Under the pieces are notes generated by a model. It was not told the origin of the DNA, did not search any database, and saw only the letters and a program-made list of their open reading frames with translations. This document shows positions 1 to 21,945 of a DNA stretch of 64,000 nucleotides, piece after piece (within the stretch, counting starts at the first letter, position 1; every line of letters starts with the position of its first letter). The stretch is from the NCBI GenBank assembly GCA_964016885.1, contig OZ024746.1:102052001-102116000 (forward strand), given 5' to 3'. The DNA is from Eledone cirrhosa. Taxonomy: Eukaryota. The translations under genes were made by a program, and so were the position numbers.

Positions 1-6020
<6,020 letters not shown>

Positions 6021-7431
6021 ATGACCGAACTAGAGAAGAAATTCCAAACGTGGAAGCACGGCCTAGAATCAAAAGGCCTTAAAATTAACCTGGCTAAGAC
6101 TAAAGTTCTAGTTTGTAGGAAAGAAAATAAGGCGGCGGTCCCATCGGGGAAATGGCCATGCTCAGTGTGTAGGAAAGGCGTAGGTAGAAACTCCATTTTA
6201 TGTCCCAAATGCAAAGTATGGGTGCATAAAAGATGTAGTGGGATCACAGGTAAGCTAACTAAGAACATAGATTTTACATGTGGCCGGTGCTCTGGTGCAA
6301 TAAGTAGCAGCAAGTGCCCACAAAATACTAGCTCCTTCAACTGCGCAGAGGGTTCTATAGAAATAGTGGACAGCTTCCGTTATCTGGGTGACAAAATCAG
6401 CAGTGGGGGAGGGGGCTCTGAAAGTACAGTAGCTAGAGTCAGAACTGGATGGAAAAAGTTCAGAGAGCTTATACCACTATTAGCCGCTAGAGGGTTCTCC
6501 CTAAAAATGAAAGGCAGGTTATACGATGCCTGCATACGAACAGCAATGCTGCATGGCAGTGAGACCTGGGCATTGTGTGCAGAGGATATACGCAGACTAG
6601 AGAGGAACGAAGCTTGCATGCTCCGCTGGATGTGCAATAGTAATATACGTGAACGGCAAAGCATAAACGAACTAAGGAAAAAATTAGAAATAAGAGGGAT
6701 CAGATGTTGTTTACTCGAGAGAAGGCTACGTTGGTACGGTCACGTGATGCGCATGAAAGACGACAGCTGTATAACAAAGTGCAGGGCAATAAAGATAGAC
6801 GGTAGCCACGGAGTAGGCAGACCAGAAAAACATGGGACGAGCTGATAAATTCCGACCTCACACGCTTACACCTCTCCAAGACAATGTCACTGGACCGAGA
6901 CCTTTGGCGGTACTCAGTAATAGAGAAGACCCGCCTTACCTAAATACAAAGTAAAAACCTACTACAGTCAGTAGGCACCTCTATCAAAACACACCCCCGT
7001 CCCTCCACACCGCCCCTTTCAATGTAAAGTTATGTTGGTCCCACAACATCCAGGCCGAAACAAATGAGATCGTGTAGGTGTCACGACAAAAAACACACAG
7101 TCCACGCTGTAAATGTGGCCGTGTAGGCAACACGGTAAAAACCTCCCAGCCCCACACTGTAAATGTGGTTGGTGTTAGGAAGGGCATCCAGCTGTAGAAA
7201 ACCCGCCAGACAGTCCACGCTGTAATGTGGCCGTGTAGGCAACACGGTAAAAACCTCCCAGCCCCACACTGTAAATGTGGTTGGTGTTAGGAAGGGCATC
7301 CAACTGTAGAAAACCCGCCAGACAGTCCTATGCGAGCAAGACAACCACTCTTGCCTCAAGTGGGAAAACCCCCGTCCAAACCCATGCAAGCGTGGAACAC
7401 GGACGCTAAACCTGATGATGATGATGATGAT
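6021..7431 (+). mobile_element. 5'-truncated RTE-clade LINE: RT C-terminal region, 3'UTR and (GAT)n tail
   Basis: ORF 6021-6845 has INLAKTKV, WPCSVCRKGVG, FRYLG, LHGSETW and RRLRWYGHV motifs; (GAT)n tail at ~7413-7431; ~112-bp tandem duplication in the 3'UTR (7098-7328). Confidence 0.93.
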
Positions 7432-7648
7432 ATATATATATATTATATATATACATATACATATATTATATATATATATATATTATATATATACATATAT
7501 TATATATATATATTATATATATATATTATATATATATATTATATATATACATATATTATATATATACATATATATATATATATATTATATATATACATAT
7601 ATTATATATATACATATATATAATATATATACATATATATATATATAC

Positions 7649-7713
<65 letters not shown>

Positions 7714-7728
7714 CATATATATATATAC

Positions 7729-7760
<32 letters not shown>

Positions 7761-7802
7761 TATATATATACATATATATATATATACATATTATATATAT
7801 AC

Positions 7803-7837
<35 letters not shown>

Positions 7838-7914
7838 CATATTATATATATACATATATATATATATATACATATATTATATATATATATTATATATATA
7901 TATTATATATATAC

Positions 7915-7948
<34 letters not shown>

Positions 7949-8006
7949 TATATATATACATATATACATATATATATATATATTATATATATACATATAT
8001 TATATA

Positions 8007-8050
<44 letters not shown>

Positions 8051-8563
8051 CATATATATATTATATATATACATATATATATATATATATTATATATATA
8101 CATACATATATATATATATATATTATATATATACATATATATATATACATATATATATATACATATATTATATATATACATATATTATATATATATATTA
8201 TATATATACATATATTATATATATACATATATATATATATATATTATATATATACATATATATATATATATATTATATATATACATATATTATATATATA
8301 CATATATATATATATACATATATATATACATATATATATATATATATTATATATATACATATATTATATATATACATATATTATATATATACATATATAT
8401 ATATATACATATATATATACATATATTATATATATACATATATATATATATACATATATACATACATATATTATATATATACATATATATATACATACAT
8501 ATATATATACATATATTATATATATAACATATATATACATATATATATACATATATTATATAT

Positions 8564-8606
<43 letters not shown>

Positions 8607-8697
8607 TTATATATATATATTATATATATACATATATTATATATATATATTATATATATACATATATTATATATATATATTATATATATACATATAT

Positions 8698-8728
<31 letters not shown>

Positions 8729-8890
8729 TATATATATACATATATATATATATATATACATATATTATATATATACATATATATTTATATATATATTATA
8801 TATATACATATATATTATATATATACATATATTATATATATACATATATTATATATATACATATACTATATATATACATATATAATATAT

Positions 8891-8922
<32 letters not shown>

Positions 8923-9045
8923 CATATATTATATATATACATATATTATATATATACATATATTATATATATATACATATATTATATATATATACATATA
9001 TTATATATATATACATATATTATATATATATACATATACATATAT

Positions 9046-9079
<34 letters not shown>

Positions 9080-9289
9080 CATATATTATATATATACATA
9101 TATTATATATATATACATATACATATATTATATATATACATATATTATATATATATACATATACATATATTATATATATATACATATATATTATATATAT
9201 ACATATATTATATATATATATACATATACATATATTATATATATACATACATATACATATATTATATATATACATACATATACATATAT

Positions 9290-9331
<42 letters not shown>

Positions 9332-9389
9332 TTATATATATACATATATTATATACATATATTATATATATACATACATATACATATAT

Positions 9390-9433
<44 letters not shown>

Positions 9434-9649
9434 TTATATATATACATATATTATATACATATATTATATATATACATATATTATATATATATATACATAT
9501 ACATATATTATATATATACATATATTATATACATATATATATATTATATACATATATATATATATATACATATATATACATGTATACATATATATACATA
9601 TATATATACATATATACATATATATACATATATATACATATATATATAC

Positions 9650-9692
<43 letters not shown>

Positions 9693-9826
9693 TTATATAT
9701 ATACATATATTATATATATATATACATATACATATATTATATATATACATATATTATATACATATATATATATTATATACATATATATATATATATACAT
9801 ATATATACATATATACATATATATAC

Positions 9827-9861
<35 letters not shown>

Positions 9862-10046
9862 CATATATTATATATATATATATATATACATATATTATAT
9901 ATATATACATATATTATATATATACATATATTATATATATATACATATATTATATATATACATATATATACATATATATATATATATATTATATATATAT
10001 ACATATATTATATATATACATATATATACATATATATATATATATA
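7432..10046. repeat. Complex TA/TACA/TATTA microsatellite
   Basis: Directly visible. Confidence 0.97.
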
Positions 10047-10267
10047 AAAGGAACGATCGACTTTCGTCAAATCGGACCGAGGGAACAATGTTTCCGTTGG
10101 TCTTTCCAATTGCTAATGCTATCTATCGGTCGCAACTCCAGGTAGAAGGAGCAACGTGAAATAAAGTGTCTTGCTCAAGGACATAACGCATCGCCTGGTC
10201 CAGGAATCGAACTCACAACCTTACGATTGCGAATCCAATTCTCTAACCACTCACCCACACGCCTTCA
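10047..10267 (-). mobile_element. tRNA-derived SINE with CORE-like domain
   Basis: Minus strand reads GAAGGCG..AGTGGTTAGAG (A-box region), GTTCGATTCC (B box), then TGTCCTTGAGCAAGACACTTTA (CORE-like). Confidence 0.8.
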
Positions 10268-10304
10268 TATATATATGTATATATACATATATACATATAT
10301 ATAT

Positions 10305-10349
<45 letters not shown>

Positions 10350-10657
10350 TATTATATATATACATATATATACATATATATTATATATATACATATATAT
10401 ACATATATATTATATATATACATATATATACATATATATTATATATATACATATATATAATATATATACATATATATACATATATATATATACATATATA
10501 TTATATATATACATATATACATATATATTATATATATATATATACATATATATTATATATATATATATATACATATATATTATATATATATATATACATA
10601 TATATTATATATATATATATATACATATATATTATATATATATATATACATATATAT

Positions 10658-10689
<32 letters not shown>

Positions 10690-10699
10690 ATATATATAT

Positions 10700-10744
<45 letters not shown>

Positions 10745-11088
10745 CATATTATATATATACATATATTATATATATAATATATACATATATTATATATATA
10801 CATATATTATATATATACATATATTATATATATACATATATTATATATATACATATATTATATATATACATATATTATATATATACATATATTATATATA
10901 TACATATATTATATATATACATATATTATATATATACATATATTATATATATACATATATTATATATATACATATATATATATATACATATATTATATAT
11001 ATACATATATTATATATATACATATATTATATATATACATATATTATATATATACATATATATATATATACATATATTATATATATAC

Positions 11089-11121
<33 letters not shown>

Positions 11122-11145
11122 CATATATTATATATATACATATAT

Positions 11146-11189
<44 letters not shown>

Positions 11190-11207
11190 TTATATATATA
11201 CATATAT

Positions 11208-11253
<46 letters not shown>

Positions 11254-12395
11254 ATTATATATATACATATATATATTATATATATATATACATGTATTAT
11301 ATATATACATACATGTATTATATATATACATATATATTATATATATACATATATATTATATATATATATTATATATATACATATATTATATATATACATA
11401 TATATTATATATATACATATATTATATATATATACATATATTATATATATATACATATATTATATATATATACATATATATTATATATATATAATATATA
11501 TATACATATATATTATATATATATATACATATATATTATATATATATATACATATATATTATATATATACATATATATTATATATATACATATATATTAT
11601 ATATATACATATATATTGTATATATACATATATATTATATATATACATATATATTATATATATACATATATATTATATATATGCATATATATTATATATA
11701 TGCATATATATTATATATATACATATATATTATATATATACATATATATTATATATATACATATATATTATATATATACATATATATTATATATATACAT
11801 ATATATTATATATATACATATATATTATATATATACATATATATTATATATATACATATATATTATATATATACATATATATTATATATATACATATATA
11901 TTATATATATACATATATATTATATATATACATATATATTATATATATACATATATATTATATATATACATATATATTATATATATACATATATATTATA
12001 TATATACATATATATTATATATATACATATATATTATATATATACATATATATTATATATATATACATATATATTATATATATACATATATATTATATAT
12101 ATATACATATATATTATATATATATACATATATATTATATATATACATATATATTATATATATATACATATATATTATATATATACATATATATTATATA
12201 TATACATATATATTATATATATACATATATATTATATATATACACATATATATTATATATACACATATATATTATATATACACATATATATTATATATAT
12301 ATACATATATATTATATATATATACATATATATACATATATATTATATATATATACATATATATTATATATATATACATATATATACATATATAT

Positions 12396-12427
<32 letters not shown>

Positions 12428-12826
12428 ACATATATATTATATATATATACATATATATTATATATATATACATATATATTATATATATATATTATATATA
12501 TATACATATATATTATATATATATACATATATATTATATATATATACATATATACATTATATATATATACATATATACATTATATATATATACATATATA
12601 CATTATATATATATACATATATACATTATATATATATACATATATACATTATATATATATACATATATACATTATATATATATACATATATATTATATAT
12701 ATATACATATATATTATATATATATACATATATATTATATATATATACATATATATTATATATATATACATATATATATACATATATATTATATATATAC
12801 ACATATATATTATATATATACACATA
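10268..12826. repeat. Complex TA microsatellite, (TATATTATATATATACATA)-type units
   Basis: Directly visible. Confidence 0.97.
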
Positions 12827-13734
12827 TCATCATCATCACCGTTTTACGTCCGTTCTTCCACGCTAGCATGGGTTAGACGGGTTGTCCTGTTGTGGGCAGT
12901 GTCTGGTCGGCTGACCATGCCTTGCTCATACAGGAACTGATCTGGCTTGATTTCTACAGCTGGATGCCCTTCCTAACACCAACCTCATTTACAGTGAGTG
13001 CTGGGTGCTTTTTCGTGGCGCCTACACGTCCACTTTACAGTGTGGGCTGGGTGCTTTTTTGCCGTGGCACCTCCACGACCACCTTGCGGTGGGGGGGGGG
13101 GGGGGCATATTGTTTATATGCTTCAGCATGTACCCATGGGAGGTCGGGTACCCTGTATTACTGCGTGACGCCAGAAGTCACGGTCGTGTGTCATTGACTT
13201 TGAGAGGTGTAGTTGGGTAAGGTCGGCTTTTATCACCTCATCCCAAGTCATCTTGGGTCTCCCCACTCCGCGGTTTCCATCAACTTCTAGTGCTCTGCAC
13301 CTTTTTATGCAGCTGTCATCCTTCATACGCATCACATGTCCATACCAGCGTAACCGCCTCTCCTGCACGCAGCATTTGATTCCTCTTATGCTCAGTCTCT
13401 CTCTCAATTCATTTATGCTTTGTCGTTCACGTATATTACTGTTACACATCCATCGGAGCATGCAGGCTTCGTTTCTCTCTAATCTACGTAAGTCTTCCAC
13501 CTTCAGCGCCCAGGTCTCACTACCATGCAACATCGCTGTTCGGATACACGCATCATACAGTCTGCCTTTCATTCTGAGGGAGAAGCCTTTTGCAGCTAGC
13601 AGTGGTAGTAGTTCCCTAAACTTCTTCCATCCCGTTCTTACCCTAGTTATTGTACTTTCTGAGCACCCACCTCCGTTGCTAATTCGGTCACCTAGGTAGC
13701 AGAAGCTGTCTACTGTTTCTACAGGGCCCTCCCA
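12827..13734 (-). mobile_element. 5'-truncated RTE-clade LINE with 3'UTR and (GAT)n tail
   Basis: ORF 13123-13752(-) has LHGSETW, RRLRWYGHV and GRPKMTW; (TCA)n at 12827. Confidence 0.93.
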
Positions 13735-16521
13735 TATATTATATATATACACATATTATATATAGACACATATATTATATATATACACATATATATATAT
13801 ATACACATATCTATTATATATATACACATATCTATTATATATATATACATATCTATTATATATATATATACATATCTATTATATATATACATATCTATTA
13901 TATATATATACATATCTATTATATATATATACATATCTATTATATATATATACATATCTATTATATATATATACATATCTATTATATATATATACATATC
14001 TATTATATATATATACATATCTATTATATATATACACATATATATATACACATATCTATTATATATATACACATATCTATTATATATATATACATATCTA
14101 TTTTATATATACATATCTATTATATATATACACATATCTATTATATATATACACATATCTATTATATATATACACATATCTATTATATATATACACATAT
14201 CTATTATATATATACACATATCTATTATATATATATACATATCTATTATATATATATACATATCTATTATATATATATACATATCTATTATATATATATA
14301 CATATATTATTATAATATATATACACATATATTATATATATAACATATATATTATATATATACACATATATTATATATATACACATAATATATATATATA
14401 TATATATACACATATATTATATATATACACATATATATTATATATATACACATATATATTATATATATACACATATATATTATATATATACACATATATA
14501 TATATATAAGTACATATATATTATATATATACACATATATATTATATATATACACATATATTATATATATATACACATATATATTATATATATAACACAT
14601 ATATATTATATATACACATATATATTATATATATACACATATTATATATACACATACATATATTATATATATATACACATATTATATATATATACATACA
14701 TATATTATATATATATACACATACATATATTATATATATACACATACATATATTATATATATACACATACATATATTATATATATACACATACATATATT
14801 ATATATATACACATACATATATTATATATATACACATACATATATTATATATATACACATACATATATATTATATATATACATACATATATATTATATAT
14901 ATACATATATATTATATATATACATATATATTATATATATATACATATATATTATATATATACATATATATTATATATATACATATATATTATATATATA
15001 CATATATATTATATATATACATATATATTATATATATACATATATATTATATATATACATATATATTATATATATACATATATATGTATATATATACATA
15101 TATATTATATATATACATATATATTATATATATACATATATATTATATATATACATATATATTATATATATACATATATATTATATATATACATATATAT
15201 TATATATATACATATATATTATATATATACATATATATTATATATATACATATATATTATATATATACATATATATTATATATATACATATATATTATAT
15301 ATATACATATATATTATATATATACATATATATTATATATATACATATATATTATATATATACATATATATTATATATATACATATATATTATATATATA
15401 CATATATATATATATATACATATATATAAATATATATACATATATATTTATATATATACATATATATTATATATATACATATATATTATATATATATACA
15501 TATATATTATATATATACATATATAATGTATATATATACGTATATAATGTATATATATACATATATAATGTATATATATACATATATAATGTATATATAT
15601 ACGTATATAATGTATATATATACATATATAATGTATATATATACATATATAATGTATATATATACATATATAATGTATATATATTATATATAATGTATAT
15701 ATATTATATATAATGTATATATATATTATATATAATGTATATATATTATATATAATGTATATATATTATATATAATGTATATATATTATATATAATGTAT
15801 ATATATTATATATAATGTATATATATTATATATAATGTATATATATTATGTATAATGTATATATATTATGTATAATGTATATATATTATGTATAATGTAT
15901 ATATATTATGTATAATGTATATATATTATGTATAATGTATATATATTATATATAATGTATATATATTATATATAATGTATATATATTATATATAATGTAT
16001 ATATATTATATATAATGTATATATATTATATATAATGTATATATATTATATATAATGTATATATATTATATATGTATATATATTATATATATGTATATAT
16101 ATATTATATATAATGTATATATATTATATATAATGTATATATATTATATATATACATATATATATTATATATATACATATATATTATATATATACATATA
16201 TATTATATATATATACATATATATTATATATATACATATATATTATATATATACATATATATTATATATAATATATATATATATATATATACATATATAT
16301 ATTATATATATACATATATATTATATATATACATATATATTATATATATACATATATATTATATATATACATATATATTATATATATACATATATATTAT
16401 ATATATACATATATATTATATATATACATATATATTATATATATACATATATATTATATATATACATATATATTATATATATACATATATATTATATATA
16501 TACATATATATATACATATAT
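13735..16521. repeat. Complex TA satellite with successive unit types (TCTA-containing, CACA-containing, TATAATGTATATATAT)
   Basis: Directly visible. Confidence 0.97.
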
Positions 16522-16652
16522 TACGAAGGAAATGTGGTAAGGAACCAGGTGGACCATAACGCTCCAAAGTACTCAATACTTGGGGTAGTAGAGTGGGTAA
16601 AAGAAACCAGTAAGACCCCGACGGCTGAGCTCCAGCCGTTTTCGACAGCTAA
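16522..16652 (-). mobile_element. Penelope-like terminal-repeat fragment carrying the 3' half of a hammerhead ribozyme
   Basis: Minus strand: GAAAAC-GGCTGGAGCTCAGCC-GTC; both segments are also present, rearranged, at 45741-45860. Confidence 0.55.
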
Positions 16653-18440
16653 TTATATATATATATACATATATTATATATATACATATATTATATATAT
16701 ACATATATTATATATATACATATATTATATATATACATAATATATTATATATATACATATATTATATATATACATATATTATATATATACATATATTATA
16801 TATATACAAATATTATATATATACATATACATATATTATATATATACATATATTATATATATACATATATTATACATATACATATATTATATATATACAT
16901 ATATTATACATATACATATATTATATATATACATATATTATACATATATTATATATATACATATATATATACATATATATATACATATATATATACATAT
17001 ATATATATACATATATATATATATACATATTATATATATATACATATTATATATATATATACATATTATATATATATATACATATATTATATATATATAC
17101 ATATATTATATATATATACATATATTATATATATATACATATATTATATATATATACATATATTATATATATATACATATATTATATATATATACATATA
17201 TTATATATATATACATATATTATATATATATACATATATTATATATATATACATATATTATATATATATACATATATTATATATATATACATATATTATA
17301 TATATATACATATATTATATATATACACATATATTATATATATATACACATATATTATATATATATATACACATATATTATATATATATACACATATATA
17401 TATATACACATATATATATATACACATATATTATATATATATACATATATTATATATATATATACATATATTATATATATATATACATATATTATATATA
17501 TATATATACATATATATATACATATATTATATATATATATACATATATTATATATATATATACATATATTATATATATACATATATTATATATATATATA
17601 CATATATTATATATATATATACATATATTATATATATATATACATATATTATATATATATATACATACATATATTATATATATATATACATATATTATAT
17701 ATATATATACATATATTATATATATATATATACATATATTATATATATATATACATATATTATATATATATATACATATATTATATATATATATATATAC
17801 ATATATTATATATATATATATACATATATTATATATATATATACATATATTATATATATATATATACATATATTATATATATATATATACATATATTATA
17901 TATATATATATACATATATTATATATATATATATACATATATTATATATATATATATACATATATTATATATATATATATACATATATTATATATATATA
18001 TATATACATATATTATATATATATATATACATATATTATATATATATATATACATATATTATATATATATACATATATTATATATATATACATATATTAT
18101 ATATATATACATATATTATATATATATACATATATTATATATATATACATATATTATATATATATACATATATTATATATATATACATATATTATATATA
18201 TATATACATATATTATATATATATATACATATATTATATATATATACATATATTATATATATATACATATATTATATATATATACATATATTATATATAT
18301 ATACATATATTATATATATATACATATATTATATATATATACATATATTATATATATATACATATATTATATATATATACATATATTATATATATATACA
18401 TATATTATATATATATACATATATTATATATATATACATA
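16653..18440. repeat. Complex TA microsatellite
   Basis: Directly visible. Confidence 0.97.
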
Positions 18441-19201
18441 TGGAAACAGCAGTTGGAAGCAAGAGGACTGAGAGTAAATCTAGCTAAGACAAAAGTGTTG
18501 ATGAGTAGAAAAGAGGACAAAACCCTGATTCCGTCGGGGAAATGGCCATGTTCGATATGCAGATAAGGAACTGGCATACATTCTATAAAATGCACACAAT
18601 GCAGGTCCTGGGTACACAAGAGATGTAGCGGGATAGCAGGCAAACTAACAGGTAGGGAGAAATATGTATGCAGTAGATGTACAGGGAAATTAGACAGTAG
18701 AAGTCGCACTGATAGACACATTTTTCAAATGCGAGAGGGCGCTATAGAAGTGGTGGATAGCTTCCGGTACCTAGGAGATCAGATTAGCATGGGAGGAGGG
18801 TGTTCCGAGGCCATAGTATCTAGAATAAGGACGGGTTGGAAGAAGTTTAGGGAGCTGCTTCCTCTGTTGACGAAGGGTTTCTCCCTGCGTACGAAAGGCC
18901 GGTTGTATGATGCCTGTGTGAGGAGCGCGATGCTGCATGGTAGTGAGACATGGGCAGCAACCGCAGAGGATATGCGACGGCTGGAGAGAAATGAGGCAAG
19001 CATGCTCCGTTGGATGTGCAGTGTAAATGTGCGTGAACGAACCAGCATAAATGTGTTGAGAGAGAAACTGTGTCTGAGAGGGATAGAATGTAGTGTACGG
19101 GAGAGGAGACTGAGGTGGTATGGACATGTGATGCGCATAGAGGATGACCGATGGGTGAAGAAGTGCCAGGAAATGCCAGTTGAAGGAAGACGTGGTAGAG
19201 G
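18441..19201 (+). mobile_element. RTE-clade LINE fragment (second subfamily), truncated at both ends
   Basis: ORF 18729-19226 has FRYLG, LHGSETW and RRLRWYGHV; near-identical to 21946-23057 in the opposite orientation. Confidence 0.92.
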
Positions 19202-19244
19202 TATTTGTTTTTATCGTCTCCGCTGAACCGGTGCGTACTCACAC

Positions 19245-19293
19245 TATGCAAATTAGTCTGCCCACTACTAATTTTCATAGAAAAAGCATATAA
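19245..19293 (+). promoter_or_regulatory. Candidate promoter of the hammerhead element: inverted octamer pair plus TATA-like box
   Basis: TATGCAAATTA...TAATTTTCATA followed by CATATAA; the same layout occurs at 45881-45929. Confidence 0.4.
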
Positions 19294-19338
19294 CGATATG
19301 TGCTTTTACAATTCTCCAGAAGGGCCGGTAGATAGGTA

Positions 19339-19383
19339 AATATTGCTGATGAGTTGTAACAACAACGAAACTAGTTCAATATT
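19339..19383 (+). ncRNA. Minimal type I hammerhead ribozyme motif (Penelope/retrozyme type)
   Basis: Stem I AATATTG/CAATATT; core CTGATGA (19346-19352); stem II GTTG/CAAC; GAAAC-TA-GTT with palindromic stem III. Confidence 0.8.
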
Positions 19384-19677
19384 CCTTGTCTGGCTTTCTG
19401 GAGAATAGAGGGAAGGTGTTCCCCCGAAAACCAGTATGACTCTAAAAACCGGTTTGTCTGTGTGTTTACATACAGAATAGCTGGGTTTGCTCACAGTAAA
19501 GCAACCAGTGAAAGACTTGTTACACCTACATATGTATACGTGTGTGTATTCATATACACACTAGTATTTCAGTATGCATATGTAGATGTACATTTTTAAC
19601 TTAATTGTTTAAGCGTCAGTCATACAAAAGTGAGTTACAAATGAAACGAAATTTAATTTTGTTTCGTTATTTGTTTT

Positions 19678-20901
19678 TATACACATATATATATACATAT
19701 ATATACATATATATACACACATATATATATATACATATATATACACACATATATATACACACATATATATATACACATATATATATACACATATATATAT
19801 ACACATATATACACATATATATATATACACATATATACACATATATATATATACACATATATATACACATATATATACACATATATATACACATATATAT
19901 ATACACATATATATATACACATATATATATACACATATATATACACATATACACATATATATATACACATATACACATATATATATACACATATATATAT
20001 ACATATACACATATATATATACACATATACACATATATATATACATATACACATATATATATACATATACACATATATATATACATATACATACATACAC
20101 ATATATATATACATATACATACATACACATATATATATACATATACATACATACACATATATATATACATATACATACATACACATATATATATACATAT
20201 ACATACATATATATACAAACATACATACATATATATACAAACATACATATACATATATATATATACAAATATACATATACATATATATACATATATATAC
20301 ATATACATATATATACATATATATACATATACATAAAAATACCTATACCTATACATATATATATATATATACATACATATATATACATATACATATATAT
20401 ACCTATACATATATATACATATACATACCTATACATATATATATATATACATATATATACATAAACATATACATACATATATATACACATGTATATACAT
20501 AAACATATACATACATATATATACATAAACATATACATACATATATATACATAAACATATACATACATATATATACATAAACATATACATACATATATAT
20601 ACATAAACATATACATACATATATATACATAAACATATACATACATATATATACATAAACATATACATACATATATATACATAAACATATACATATATAT
20701 ATACATATACATATATATATATACATATACATATACATACATATACATATATATACATATACATATATATACATATACATATATATACATATACATATAT
20801 ATACATATACATATATATACATATACATATATATACATATACATATATATACATATACATATATATACATATACATATACATATATATACATATACATAT
20901 A
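19678..20901. repeat. TA/TACA/TAAACA microsatellite
   Basis: Directly visible. Confidence 0.96.
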
Positions 20902-20902
20902 T

Positions 20903-21090
20903 GAAGGCGCATGGCTAAGTGGTTAGAGTATTGGCCTTGCAATCGAAAGGTTGGGAGTTCAATTCTCAGACCGGGTGATGTGTTGTTTCCTTGAGCAAGA
21001 CACTTTATTTCACATTGCTTCAGTTTACTCAGCTGTAGAAATGAGATGATAGGGACTGGGGTTCATATCATTCCACTGCAAAGTGGTCGT
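20903..21090 (+). mobile_element. tRNA-derived CORE-like SINE, 3'-truncated
   Basis: TGGCTAAGTGG A box, GTTCAATTC B box, TTCCTTGAGCAAGACACTTTA..CAGCTGTAGAAATG. Confidence 0.85.
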
Positions 21091-21125
21091 ATATATATAT
21101 ATGATGATGATGATTTATATATATA

Positions 21126-21895
21126 TTGACCCTCTGACCACTTCCTGTTGCGCGCGCACCTCACATCTCCCCTCTTCCGACCAATCTCTTCACGGATTAC
21201 ACATGTGAACCTTGATCCAGAGAATCCACCACATCCAAGGATTTTACTCAGCATTCCACCACATCTTTTTACGGAATTACCTTTATGACTCACCCAACAC
21301 ACACACCCCAAAAAAAATTTTTTTTCCCCCACTCGCCACCTACATCCACATCACGCATAAACACCACACACACACTTGCGTACCACCACATATTTACACA
21401 TTCAGCCTCAGGAATCCTCTCCCCCCACCCCTCTATCGACACACACTCCGACCTACACCCCATCCCACACACACCTCTTCCTGAACATGCAACCCCGTTC
21501 TTCCCCCAACCCTTGCATTGACATACACACACACACACACGTACACACCACCTTCAGCCCTCCCCGCTCGAACACCCCGTCTCCCTCTCCCCACCCCAGC
21601 CGCCACCACCCCTACATGCCCCACACCCTTCACCACCTGTTTTACCCCATTTTAATTTTATTTTGATCATGACTTTATTTTTAATTTCATTTGCACCGTT
21701 TCCTCTCACCTCCTTTTTGCTATATGTCTCTCCACCACTCCCCTACACACCCTTTGAACTCTCTTCCCACACACTTCACCTGAAGAAGGGCTTATGCCCG
21801 AAACGTCGTTCCCCACCACCACCCCACTCTCAAGAGCGTGAAATTAATAAACCTTTGTATTGCCTCTCTGTTTTGTTCCCGTTCAATTTTTCACT
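21126..21895 (+). mobile_element. Penelope-like element 3' terminal region: C-rich tract, hammerhead and AATAAA
   Basis: Hammerhead core at 21780-21807, AATAAA at 21846-21851, flanked by (TA)n on both sides. Confidence 0.6.
21778..21809 (+). ncRNA. Minimal hammerhead ribozyme motif
   Basis: AC-CTGAAGA-A-GGGC-TTAT-GCCC-GAAAC-GTC-GT; stem I is only about 2 bp. Confidence 0.7.
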
Positions 21896-21945
21896 ATATA
21901 TATATATATATATACATATAAATATTTATATATATATATATATTT

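Noticed and set aside
7410-7431. CTGATGA as a hammerhead core (also 23250 and 36351)
   Set aside because: Part of (GAT)n runs or LINE coding sequence, with no stem II/GAAA/stem I arrangement.
20903-20975. tRNA gene
   Set aside because: A and B boxes are present but the anticodon and acceptor stems do not pair, and it continues into a SINE body.
21063-21666. H/P/T-rich ORFs
   Set aside because: Products of a C/A-rich low-complexity tract within the Penelope-like remnant.
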